From positions 192,001-256,000 of the forward strand of contig CAVSQW010000009.1 in the NCBI GenBank assembly GCA_963730185.1: DNA of 64,000 bases, written 5' to 3'. A model generated the notes under the pieces. That model made no database searches. It was not told where the DNA came from and saw only the letters and a list, made by a program, of their open reading frames with translations. Positions within the stretch are counted from its first letter, which is position 1; every line of letters starts with the position of its first letter. A program made the translations under genes and the position numbers. The DNA is from an uncultured Gemmatimonadales bacterium (GTDB lineage Bacteria > Gemmatimonadota > Gemmatimonadetes > Gemmatimonadales > GWC2-71-9). This document shows positions 1-8,629 of the stretch, piece after piece.

Positions 1-2
1 AC

Positions 3-305
3 CAGGGGCAGGTCCTGGCGTTGGACCGGCCGGCCGTGCTCCAGCAGCGGCTCCCCGGCCGGCTGGTCGCGGTTCGTGCCGCCGACCCCCGTGAGGCTCG
101 GGATCTGCTCCGGGCCGATCCCGGGGTGACGCGGGCCGCGCTCTTCGGGCGGACGGTGCACTGCCAGCTGGCCGCCGGCGGCTCCGCAGAGGGCGTCCGG
201 GCGAGCCTCGAGCAGGCGGGCCTCAAGCCCGAGCGGATCGAGCCGATCGATGCCTCGCTCGAAGACGTATTCATCGACCTGGTCGGTGGAGGGAAGGCGT
301 CATGA
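3..305 (+). CDS. ABC transporter ATP-binding protein, C-terminal part (5' truncated by window edge)
   Basis: Frame is open from the window start. The C-terminal ...IEPIDASLEDVFIDLV motif matches the downstream ATPase (PSLEDVFV). Stop overlaps the next ATG (ATGA). Confidence 0.85.
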   Translation, partial: QGQVLALDRPAVLQQRLPGRLVAVRAADPREARDLLRADPGVTRAALFGRTVHCQLAAGGSAEGVRASLEQAGLKPERIEPIDASLEDVFIDLVGGGKAS

Positions 306-1240
306 ACGAGCCGGTCGTCGTTCGCGACCTGACCCGCAAATTCGGCGATTTCACCGCGGTCGACAGGATCACCTTCACGGTGGGCCAGGGCGCGATTTTC
401 GGTTTTCTCGGCCCCAACGGCGCCGGAAAGACCACCACGATCAAGATGCTGTCCGGGCTCCTCCGGCCAACGTCAGGTGAGGTCCAGGTGGCGGGGCTGG
501 ACGTGACGGCGGATCCGGCCCGGGTCCGGGAGCGGATCGGCTACATGTCGCAGCGGTTCTCGCTCTACGGCGACCTGAGCGTGGAGGAGAATATCCGGCT
601 CTTTGCCGGCCTCTACGGCGTCCTCGGGCCTCGGTATGCCGAGCGGCGCGACTGGGTGCTCGCGATGGCCGGACTCGAGGGGCAGGAAGGCCACTTCGCC
701 AGCGACCTGCCGCTCGGCTTCAAGCAGCGGCTGGCGCTCGGGTGTGCCGTGCTCCACGAGCCGAAGCTCCTCTTTTTGGACGAGCCGACGTCGGGTGTGG
801 ATCCGGTGGCCCGCCGCGCGTTCTGGGATTTGATCAACGACCTGGCCCACGAGGGGACCACCGTCTTGGTCAGCACGCACTACATGGAGGAGGCGGAGTT
901 CTGTCACCGGCTCCTCCTCATGAACCGGGGTCGGGTCATCGCCGAGGGCGATCCGGCCCAGCTTCGCGCCCTCATGGACGAGCCGATCTGGGAACTGGAG
1001 ACCAGCGACGCGCCCAAGGCCGTGGAACTGCTCCAGGCCCAGCCAGCGGTGAGAGAGGCGGCGATGTTCGGGCGCCGGGTCCATGTGGTGCTGGGGGAGG
1101 GGTCCGACGCGGAGCGGGTCGTCCACGCCGCGCTCGACCCCGCCGGACTGGCCGTGCTGGGCCTGACCCCGGTCGAGCCGTCTCTCGAAGACGTCTTCGT
1201 GGCGCTGGTGCGTCGCGAAGGTGGCGCGGTGGTGGGGTGA
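302..1240 (+). CDS. ABC transporter ATP-binding protein (YbhF/DrrA-like)
   Basis: Walker A GPNGAGKTT, signature LPLGFKQR, Walker B LLFLDEPT, H-loop STH. Confidence 0.95.
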   Translation: MNEPVVVRDLTRKFGDFTAVDRITFTVGQGAIFGFLGPNGAGKTTTIKMLSGLLRPTSGEVQVAGLDVTADPARVRERIGYMSQRFSLYGDLSVEENIRLFAGLYGVLGPRYAERRDWVLAMAGLEGQEGHFASDLPLGFKQRLALGCAVLHEPKLLFLDEPTSGVDPVARRAFWDLINDLAHEGTTVLVSTHYMEEAEFCHRLLLMNRGRVIAEGDPAQLRALMDEPIWELETSDAPKAVELLQAQPAVREAAMFGRRVHVVLGEGSDAERVVHAALDPAGLAVLGLTPVEPSLEDVFVALVRREGGAVVG

Positions 1241-1242
1241 TC

Positions 1243-2364
1243 ATGCTGGATCCGATGCGACTGCTCGCGATGGCCCGGAAGGAGTGGATTCAGCTCCGGC
1301 GGGATCCCCGCAGCATGCTGCTGGCCTTCTTGCTCCCCCTGATGCTCCTCCTGTTCTTCGGGTACGCCATCACCTGGGACGTCAAGAACATCCGGCTGGC
1401 GGTTCATGACGCGGACGGGACCCAGGAGTCCCGCGATCTGATCCAGGCGTTCGAGGCCAGCGGGTACTTCGATCTGGTGAGCCGGCTCTCGAGCTATCCG
1501 GAGGTCGACCGCGAGCTCGAGACCGGCCACGTCCTGGCCGTGATGAGCATTCCTCCTGATTTCAGCGAGCATCTGAAGGCCGGCGAGCCAGCCCCGGTCC
1601 AGCTCCTTCTCGACGGCAGCGACGCCAACACCGCGACGATCGCGATGGGCTACGCCGACGCCATCGCCGCCCGGTTCTCCCAAGGGGTCGTGCTCCAAGG
1701 CCGCCAGGTCGCGGCTCCGGTGAGGGCGGAAGGGCGGGTCTGGTACAACCCCGAGCTCCGGAGCCGCTACATGATCGTGCCCGGTCTGGTCGCCGTGATC
1801 ATGTCGATCATCGCGGCCATGCTCACCGCCCTTACCATCGCGCGGGAGTGGGAGCGGGGCACGATGGAGCAGTTGGCCTCCACCCCCGTGCACCGGCTCG
1901 AGGTGGTATTCGGCAAGCTGCTGCCCTATCTCGCGATCGGGTTCGTCGACGTGACGGTGGCCGTGCTGGCCGGGGTGTTCGTTTTCGGAGTGCCGCTCCG
2001 GGGGAGCGTGCTGCTTCTCGCCGTGCTGACCCTGCTCTTCCTGATCGGCGCCCTCGGGCTCGGCATGTTCATCTCGGCCGTGCTCAAGAGCCAGGTGCTG
2101 GCGACCCAGGTCGCGATGCTGGCCACGTATCTCCCGGCCCTCCTGCTCTCCGGCTTTCTCTTCGACACCGCCAGTATGCCGCCCGTGCTCAAGGCCGTGA
2201 CCTACATCGTGCCCGCCAAGTACTACATCGTGGTGACGCGCGGCATCTTCCTGAAGGGCGTCGGCGTCGAGGTGCTCTGGGTTCAGGCGATCGCGATGGT
2301 GATCTTCGCGACGGTCGGGCTCGGTCTGGCCGCGGCGAACTTCCAGAAGCGGATCGCCTCGTGA
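1243..2364 (+). CDS. ABC-2 type exporter permease (YbhS-like)
   Basis: ARKEWIQLRRDPR start, LLDGSDAN, WYNP and REWERGTMEQL motifs, six hydrophobic segments. Alternative GTG start at 1237. Confidence 0.92.
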   Translation: MLDPMRLLAMARKEWIQLRRDPRSMLLAFLLPLMLLLFFGYAITWDVKNIRLAVHDADGTQESRDLIQAFEASGYFDLVSRLSSYPEVDRELETGHVLAVMSIPPDFSEHLKAGEPAPVQLLLDGSDANTATIAMGYADAIAARFSQGVVLQGRQVAAPVRAEGRVWYNPELRSRYMIVPGLVAVIMSIIAAMLTALTIAREWERGTMEQLASTPVHRLEVVFGKLLPYLAIGFVDVTVAVLAGVFVFGVPLRGSVLLLAVLTLLFLIGALGLGMFISAVLKSQVLATQVAMLATYLPALLLSGFLFDTASMPPVLKAVTYIVPAKYYIVVTRGIFLKGVGVEVLWVQAIAMVIFATVGLGLAAANFQKRIAS

Positions 2365-3494
2365 ACGGCTTTCTGGGGATTCGCTCATGGCGGGTCAAGG
2401 CGCTGCTCCGGAAGGAGTGGCGCCAGCTCTTCCGCGATCCCAAGACCAAGCGGATCATCTTCGTCTCGCCGATCGTCCAGCTCCTGCTGTTCGGCTACGC
2501 AGTGACCACCGACGTGCACGACGTGAAGACCTACGTGGTCGATCACGACCGGAGCCAGGCGTCGCGGAAGCTCAAAGACGCGCTCGAGGCCGGCGGCTAT
2601 TTCCGGGTCGTCGGCGAGAGCGAGCGGTCCGAAGACCTCACCACCGTGCTGGACGACGGCGAGGCCACTATCGGCCTCGAGATTCCGCCGACCTTCACGG
2701 CCGATCTGTCGGCCGGCCGGGGCGCGACGGTTCAGGTCCTGGTCGACGGCACCAACTCGAACACCGGCACGGTCGCGCAGGGCTACGTGACCAGGATCGT
2801 GCAGCGCTTCGGCCAGGACTGGGCGGTGGACCACGGGCAGGCGGTCCGGGGCGGGGTCGACTTCAGGACCCGGGCCTGGTACAACCCGGGCCTCACCAGC
2901 CGGGTCTACAACGTGCCGGCGGTGATCGGGGCACTGCTCTTCCTGATGTCGCTGCTCCTCACCGCCCTGGCCGTGGTCCGAGAGCGCGAACTCGGAACGC
3001 TCGAGCAGCTGTTGGTGAGTCCGCTTACGCCCCAAGAGCTGATGCTGGGGAAGATCATCCCGGTGGCGGGCGTGGCGTTGATCGACCTGGTGCTGGTGTC
3101 CACGGTGTCGATCGTCTGGTTCCAAGTCCCGTTCCGGGGGAACCCGATCGCGCTGCTGGTGGCCGCCACGCTCTTCATTCTCGCCGCCCTGGCGCTCGGG
3201 CTCCTGATTTCGACCGTGTCGCATACCCAGCAGGAGGCCTTCATGGTCATGTTCCTGCTGATCCTGCCCGCCCTAATCCTCTCCGGATTCATGTACCCGA
3301 TCCACACGATGCCGGAGATCTTTCAGTGGCTGACCGTGATCAATCCGGTGCGATGGTTCCTGGAGATCGTGCGCGCGATCTTCTTGAAGGGGGCGAGCGT
3401 GGTGGAGCTCTGGAAGCAGTACCTGGCGGTGGCGCTGATGGCGGTGGGACTGTTCGCCACGGCGACCTGGCGGTTCAAGCGGGCGGTAGAGTAG
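2361..3494 (+). CDS. ABC-2 type exporter permease (YbhR-like)
   Basis: RKEWRQLFRDP, VDGTNSN, WYNP and RERELGTLEQL motifs. GTGA overlap with the upstream stop. Confidence 0.92.
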   Translation: MNGFLGIRSWRVKALLRKEWRQLFRDPKTKRIIFVSPIVQLLLFGYAVTTDVHDVKTYVVDHDRSQASRKLKDALEAGGYFRVVGESERSEDLTTVLDDGEATIGLEIPPTFTADLSAGRGATVQVLVDGTNSNTGTVAQGYVTRIVQRFGQDWAVDHGQAVRGGVDFRTRAWYNPGLTSRVYNVPAVIGALLFLMSLLLTALAVVRERELGTLEQLLVSPLTPQELMLGKIIPVAGVALIDLVLVSTVSIVWFQVPFRGNPIALLVAATLFILAALALGLLISTVSHTQQEAFMVMFLLILPALILSGFMYPIHTMPEIFQWLTVINPVRWFLEIVRAIFLKGASVVELWKQYLAVALMAVGLFATATWRFKRAVE

Positions 3495-3525
3495 ACCCGA
3501 GCCCGCGGGCCGGCCAGTGGGGCGC

Positions 3526-4788
3526 TCAGGGCGTCGCCCCGTCCAGCTGCTCGATCGTCGCGACCGACGGCTTCCGGGTGCGCTGCAGGCGCGCCGCCGT
3601 CTGCTCGACTTGGTGCATCACCCTGAGAATGTTCAGGCCGAGGACCTTCTTGACGTCCTCGTCCGTCCAGCCGCGACGGAGCAGCTCGGCGGCCAGATAG
3701 GGGTAGTGCGAGACGTCTTCCAGTCCGATCGGGTGCTGGCCCAGCCCGCCGTAGTCGGCGCCGATGCCGACGTGATCCACCCCCGCCACCTTGCGGATGT
3801 ACTCGACGTGATCCGCCACTTCCTTCAGGGTGGCGTCGTGGGTCCGGAATCCTTTGAGCCAGTTGCCGAACGCGTCGGAGGCCGCCTTGGGGTCGTTCGG
3901 GAACTGCGTCTTGAACTCCCGCTCCTTCTGGAGCACGTTGGCCGCATCCTTGGCGGCCTGGGGGTCGATGAAGCCGGGGAAGAAGTTGACCATCACCACG
4001 CCGCCGTTGGCCGGCATCTTCTTCAAGATGCTGTCGGGCACGTTCCGGACGTGGTCGGCGAGGGCCCGGGCCGAGGAGTGGCTGAAGATGACCGGTGCCG
4101 CGGAGACCCGGATGGCGTCGGACATGGTACCGTCGGAGACGTGCGAGATGTCGACCATCATCCCGAGCCGGTTCATCTCCCGGACCACCTCCTCGCCGAA
4201 CGTGGTGAGGCCGCCGTGCTTGGCCTCGTCGGTCGCGGCATCGGCCCAGGGAATGGTGCCGCTGTGGGTGAGAGTCATGTAGCGGACGCCGAGGTCGTAG
4301 TACATCCGGAGCGCCGCGAGCGAGTTCTCGATCGCCTGGCCGCCCTCGATCCCGATCAGCGACGCGATCTTGCCCTGCTTGTGGATCCGGACGATGTCGT
4401 CGGCCGTGGTCGCGAACTCGAGCGACGGCGAGCGGTCGACCATCCGGTGGATCATGTCGATTTCCTGCAACGTGAACTGGGCTGCGCCCTTGTCGATGTA
4501 CGACGACGGGACGTACGCGGCCCAGAACTGGGCGCCGACCTGTCCGGCTTTGAGCTTGGGGACGTCGGTATCGAAGTTGGGAATGGTGTGGTCGGGATCC
4601 ATCTGGTCGAGATCACCCTTCCCGTCGGACAGGATTGCCGTCGGGAGGTCGTTGTGGGTGTCGACCATCGGAACTTCACGCATCAGCCGGCGAGCCCGCG
4701 CCAGCAGCGCCGCGGAATCGGACTGCTGGGCGGCCAGGGCCGGCGGTAAGGCCAGCAGTAGCGAGAAGGTGAGCGCGAGGTAGCGCAT
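3526..4788 (-). CDS. Secreted membrane dipeptidase (peptidase M19)
   Basis: Signal peptide MRYLALTFSLLLALPPALAA; DTHND, IEGG, YMTLTH, VDISH, FSHSS and GIGADY motifs. Confidence 0.93.
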   Translation of the reverse strand: MRYLALTFSLLLALPPALAAQQSDSAALLARARRLMREVPMVDTHNDLPTAILSDGKGDLDQMDPDHTIPNFDTDVPKLKAGQVGAQFWAAYVPSSYIDKGAAQFTLQEIDMIHRMVDRSPSLEFATTADDIVRIHKQGKIASLIGIEGGQAIENSLAALRMYYDLGVRYMTLTHSGTIPWADAATDEAKHGGLTTFGEEVVREMNRLGMMVDISHVSDGTMSDAIRVSAAPVIFSHSSARALADHVRNVPDSILKKMPANGGVVMVNFFPGFIDPQAAKDAANVLQKEREFKTQFPNDPKAASDAFGNWLKGFRTHDATLKEVADHVEYIRKVAGVDHVGIGADYGGLGQHPIGLEDVSHYPYLAAELLRRGWTDEDVKKVLGLNILRVMHQVEQTAARLQRTRKPSVATIEQLDGATP

Positions 4789-4812
4789 CGAAAACCTCGG
4801 AGTGGAAGTCGG

Positions 4813-4842
4813 AACGAGCCCGGCGGCTCCGCCGGGCTCGTT
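4813..4842. repeat. Perfect 14-bp inverted repeat (hairpin) in the 5' leader of the dipeptidase gene
   Basis: aacgagcccggcgg-ct-ccgccgggctcgtt. Confidence 0.85.
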
Positions 4843-4871
4843 AGGGTAGCGCGACGGGGGGGAGCCGACAA
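4843..4871 (-). promoter_or_regulatory. Putative sigma70 promoter for the M19 dipeptidase
   Basis: Minus strand TTGTCG-17 nt-TACCCT. Confidence 0.45.
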
Positions 4872-5080
4872 GGTGATCGGCTCGACCTGCCAACGGCTTC
4901 GTCGGGTTCTTGGGCGCGGCCCCGGCGGCCCCGCGCTGTCAGTGGAACGCTACAGCGTGGTGGTGGGCCACCACATCAGGCGGCCGGCGGACCGGCGGGG
5001 AGTGCAAGGACGGGCGAGGGCTGGCAGTTCGTGGCGCGCCCCCGCCGAGGAGCGCGACCGATTTCCGGTGACCGGGACGG

Positions 5081-5299
5081 CTACGCCGCGCACCCGTCCG
5101 GCTCCGGCCAAACCATGGCCGCCGGAAGAGTTAGCACACCAGGGGTCGGCGACCGTTCGAAAGGTGAGCGGGCGTACTCGTCGCCGGTCACTCCCAGCGC
5201 CCGGCGGACCCGCGCGACGTGACTCCAATTGACGCGGGTGACCATCTCCGTCCCGCTGCGCCAGATCCGCGTTTCGACGATTTCGTCCAGGACGACCAT
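5081..5299 (-). CDS. Small hypothetical protein (72 aa)
   Basis: ATG preceded by GAGG with a 7-nt spacer and a sigma54-like promoter. Fills an otherwise empty 630-bp gap. Composition is not the R/P/G/A-rich pattern of shadow ORFs. Confidence 0.6.
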   Translation of the reverse strand: MVVLDEIVETRIWRSGTEMVTRVNWSHVARVRRALGVTGDEYARSPFERSPTPGVLTLPAAMVWPEPDGCAA

Positions 5300-5337
5300 G
5301 TTTCTGCCTCAACCGCTTTGGGGGTGCCGTCAGGGAA

Positions 5338-5353
5338 AGCAACTGGCGGACCA
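5338..5353 (-). promoter_or_regulatory. Putative sigma54 (-24/-12) promoter
   Basis: Minus strand TGGTCCGCCAGTTGCT: GG-N10-GC with TTGCT, 38 nt upstream of the ATG at 5299. Confidence 0.55.
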
Positions 5354-5389
5354 CATCGCCGGCAGACCTGGCTGGATCGGGGGCCCGAT

Positions 5390-5418
5390 TTGCGACGGGC
5401 ACTGACGGCGAGTATCCC
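5390..5418 (+). promoter_or_regulatory. Putative sigma70 promoter (possibly leaderless) for the sensor kinase
   Basis: TTGCGA-17 nt-TATCCC, 7 nt before the GTG at 5426. Confidence 0.35.
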
Positions 5419-5425
5419 TTTCCTC

Positions 5426-6571
5426 GTGTCGCCGCTCACGTCTTCCTACCGTCCCGCTGACGGTCCAGCTCAGCCGCCGTCGATCGGTCTGGGCGCGTCG
5501 CTGGCGATCTGGGCGGTGCCGGCCGTGCTCATGGTGCTGCAGATGTACGCCATGGCGTACCTCAACCAGACCCCGCGGCCGCCGGTTCGCGCCATTATCC
5601 CGGCGACGGTCGAGTGGCTGATCTGGGCGCCGCTTACACCCCTGGTGCTCCGCCTGGGACGGCGGTTCCCTCTCCGGCTTCCGCCCCACCCCACGGTGCT
5701 CGCGGCTCACCTTGGGGCCGTTGCGGCCGCCGCCCTGATCCGCGGCCTGGTCTACGCCTCGGTGACCGTGCTGGTGCTTCGACCGACCCTCCAGGAGTCG
5801 TTTGCCGGGTACGCCTGGAGGGTCTCGCTCGGCTGGCTCCCCTTCGCCGCCGTGGTCTACTCGGCCATCCTCGGCATCGGGGCGGCGTTCGAGTATCGGG
5901 AGCGGACCCGCCAGGGCGAGCTCCGCGCGGCCGAGCTCGAGGGTCGGCTGGCGCGGGCCGAGCTGGAGGCGCTCCGGGCACACCTCCACCCCCATTTCCT
6001 TTTCAACGCGCTCCACACGGTGAGCGCCCTGGCCCGTCGGGGAGATTCGGTCCAAGCCGTCCGGACCATCGCCGAGCTGAGCGAGCTCCTGCGCGAGCTG
6101 CTCCGGGCCGATCGGCCGGACGCGATTCCGCTCGCCGAGGAGCTGGCGTTTCTCCGGCGGTACCTGGCGATCGTGGCTCTGCGGTTTCGGGACCGGATGA
6201 CCGTTGAGTGGCGGGTCGATCCGGAGTGCGAGGCGCTGCTGGTCCCCAGGATGGTCCTGCAACCGCTGGTCGAGAACGCGGTGCGGCATGCGATCTCCGC
6301 CCGGGGCGACGCGGGTCGTCTGTCGATCGACGCGACGCGCGACCAGGAAACGCTGATCCTCCGGGTGACCGACGACGGCCCCGGTCCCGGAGCGACACCG
6401 GCCGGTACCAGCGGGACGCCGGGTACCGGTCTGGCCACGCTCCGCGCCCGGCTCCGGGCCCGGTACGAGTCTGGAGCCGGCGTGACGCTCGAGGCCGGCG
6501 CGGCCGGCGGTGCGGTCGCCACGGTGAGACTCCCAGCCTTGACCCCGCCAGCGGCGGAGGGCTCGGCGTGA
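5426..6571 (+). CDS. LytS/YehU-family sensor histidine kinase
   Basis: About four N-terminal TM helices; LRAHLHPHFLFNALH H-box, LQPLVENAVRH N-box, TDDGPG, GTGL. Start codon uncertain. Confidence 0.92.
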   Translation: MSPLTSSYRPADGPAQPPSIGLGASLAIWAVPAVLMVLQMYAMAYLNQTPRPPVRAIIPATVEWLIWAPLTPLVLRLGRRFPLRLPPHPTVLAAHLGAVAAAALIRGLVYASVTVLVLRPTLQESFAGYAWRVSLGWLPFAAVVYSAILGIGAAFEYRERTRQGELRAAELEGRLARAELEALRAHLHPHFLFNALHTVSALARRGDSVQAVRTIAELSELLRELLRADRPDAIPLAEELAFLRRYLAIVALRFRDRMTVEWRVDPECEALLVPRMVLQPLVENAVRHAISARGDAGRLSIDATRDQETLILRVTDDGPGPGATPAGTSGTPGTGLATLRARLRARYESGAGVTLEAGAAGGAVATVRLPALTPPAAEGSA

Positions 6572-7317
6572 GTCGTCGGGGGGTGGCGACGTGGCGGGTG
6601 GTGATCGCGGACGACGAGCCCCTGGCCCGGGAGGTGATCCGAGACCTCTTGAGGTCGGCGGGCGACATGACGGTGGTGGCCGAGTGTCGGACCGGCGTCG
6701 AGGTGGTCGAGGCGGTGCGGGCCCACCAGCCCGACCTGCTCTTTCTGGACGTGGCGATGCCCGATCTGAACGGGCTCGCGGCCCTCGCCAGGCTTGGCGC
6801 CGACGCGGTCCCGGCCACGGTGCTGGTCACCGCCTTCGAGGAGCACGCCCTCGAAGCCTTCGATCAGGCCGCTCTCGACTATCTGGTGAAGCCCTTTACC
6901 GACGAGCGTTTTCGGGTGGCGTTGGATCGGGCCCGGCGACGGTTGGCGGAGCGAGCGGTTTCCGGACCGGGTTATCGGGTCCGCTTTCTGGCGACGGTCG
7001 GTCGGCGCCAGGTTCCGGTGCCGGCCGCCGCCGTCCGGTGGATCGAGGCCCGGAACTACTATGCCCGACTCCATCTCGACGACGGCCGGACCCACCTGAT
7101 TCGCCGGTCGCTCGGGGCCCTGGAACGGGAACTCGATCCGGAGCGTTTCGTCCGGGCCCATCGGGGAGTGATCGTCGGGCTCGATCACGTGACCGAGCTC
7201 CGGCAGGACCCGACCGGTCGAACCGAGCTGATCCTGAGCGGCGGCGAGCGGGTGCCGGTCAGCGAGCGCCGCCGCGGCCTGGTTCGCGAGCGGCTGGGTC
7301 GCCGGGAACGGAGCTAG
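6568..7317 (+). CDS. LytTR-family response regulator
   Basis: Receiver motifs IADDEPLA, LFLDVAMP, DYLVKP; LytTR motifs IEARNYYARLH and FVRAHRG. GTGA overlap with the kinase. Confidence 0.94.
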   Translation: MSRRGVATWRVVIADDEPLAREVIRDLLRSAGDMTVVAECRTGVEVVEAVRAHQPDLLFLDVAMPDLNGLAALARLGADAVPATVLVTAFEEHALEAFDQAALDYLVKPFTDERFRVALDRARRRLAERAVSGPGYRVRFLATVGRRQVPVPAAAVRWIEARNYYARLHLDDGRTHLIRRSLGALERELDPERFVRAHRGVIVGLDHVTELRQDPTGRTELILSGGERVPVSERRRGLVRERLGRRERS

Positions 7318-7362
7318 GGGTCGGGGTCCGACCTGCCGGCCGCGGGCGGCAGCGCCAACACC

Positions 7363-8451
7363 TCACCGTCTCCTGGCCCGCCAATCGGCGAGGGCCTTCG
7401 CTTCCTGCACCGGCGTGATCGCGAACCGGGGGTTGGTTCGCCGGGCCTCGGGCACCGACGGCCACCAGGCCAGCGTGTCACGGACCGTCTCGGCCACCGG
7501 GCGGAAGGTGAGGCCGGCGTCTCGGGCGCGCGATGCGTCGATCGACATCATCCCGTCGTCGTTGCCGGCGAGCATGGCCCAGGGGATCGCCTCGACGATC
7601 TCGTGGGCCTTCAGGAATGGGTAGTCGTCCACCGGCACGTAGCGCACGTCGGCGCGTAAGGCCCGCTTGGCCTCCGCCAGAAACGCCGGCATGGTGAGCG
7701 ATTGAGCGGGCCCCGCCGCGTTGAATACGCCGGATCGCTTCTCCTCCAGCAGCCGGATCATCCAAGCGGCCAGATCGCGGACGTCGACCAGTTGGACCGG
7801 ATCGTCCGGCCGACCCGGCGCCAGGACGTCACCGCCCTTGGCCAGCCGGACGGGCCAGTACGGAAATCGGTCGGTGGTGTCGCCCGGGCCCACGATGTAA
7901 GTCGGTCGGACGACCAGGGCCCTCTCGCCGAAGGCCGCTCGAGTCAACCGCTCGCACTGGGCCTTCCGAACGCCGTACGCCGCCGACGGGTCTTTCGGGT
8001 CGTCGGCCTCGAGGCGAGGCGGCACCGACTCGTCGACCCCGCGCCGGAGGTAGGGATAGTAGACGCCGGTGGACGAGGTGAAGAGGTACTGGCCCACGGC
8101 GTCGCTGAGGAGCTCGGTGGACTGCCGGACCCACTCCGGATTGGTGGCCGAGTCGTCGATCACGGCGTCCCAGCGGCCACCCTCGAGGGCCCCCAGCTGG
8201 CCATTCCGGTCGCCGACCAGGCGGGTCACGCCGCTGGGTAAGTCGGCCTGACGCCGGCCCCGGGTGAAGATCGTGACCCGATGGCCTCGCGCCATCGCCA
8301 ACCGCACCAGGTGCGGGCCGATGAAGCCGGTCCCCCCGAGGATCAAGAGGTCGAGCCCGCTCCGGCCGATCGACCACTGGATCGGAAGCGGACCGGCGGC
8401 GGCGATCGCCACGCCGGCCGTGGTGCGAAGAAAGTCACGCCGATTGGGCAC
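7363..8451 (-). CDS. Tat-exported NAD-dependent epimerase/dehydratase (atypical SDR)
   Basis: NRRDFLR twin-arginine signal, LILGGTGFIG, YGVRK, RPTYIVGP; AAAGGAG RBS before the GTG. Confidence 0.9.
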   Translation of the reverse strand: MPNRRDFLRTTAGVAIAAAGPLPIQWSIGRSGLDLLILGGTGFIGPHLVRLAMARGHRVTIFTRGRRQADLPSGVTRLVGDRNGQLGALEGGRWDAVIDDSATNPEWVRQSTELLSDAVGQYLFTSSTGVYYPYLRRGVDESVPPRLEADDPKDPSAAYGVRKAQCERLTRAAFGERALVVRPTYIVGPGDTTDRFPYWPVRLAKGGDVLAPGRPDDPVQLVDVRDLAAWMIRLLEEKRSGVFNAAGPAQSLTMPAFLAEAKRALRADVRYVPVDDYPFLKAHEIVEAIPWAMLAGNDDGMMSIDASRARDAGLTFRPVAETVRDTLAWWPSVPEARRTNPRFAITPVQEAKALADWRARRR

Positions 8452-8629
8452 GACAGGCTCCTTTCGCCATCGCGGGTGCTCTCGTCTACGATCGTTGCCC
8501 GGCGCGGTTTCGGGTCGAGCCACTGCGTTCGGAGCCACCAGGCCGCGTTCGCTGCAAGCGGGGTCGAAGGCGCGGCCCGATCACTCGTAGGGTGCCGGAG
8601 TCACTCCTTCGACACACGGAGCCCGGCCC

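Noticed and set aside
5330..5370. Resemblance of 'aactggcgga' to a ZMP/ZTP riboswitch
   Set aside because: The remaining conserved elements and purine/folate gene context are absent. It is better explained as a minus-strand sigma54 promoter.
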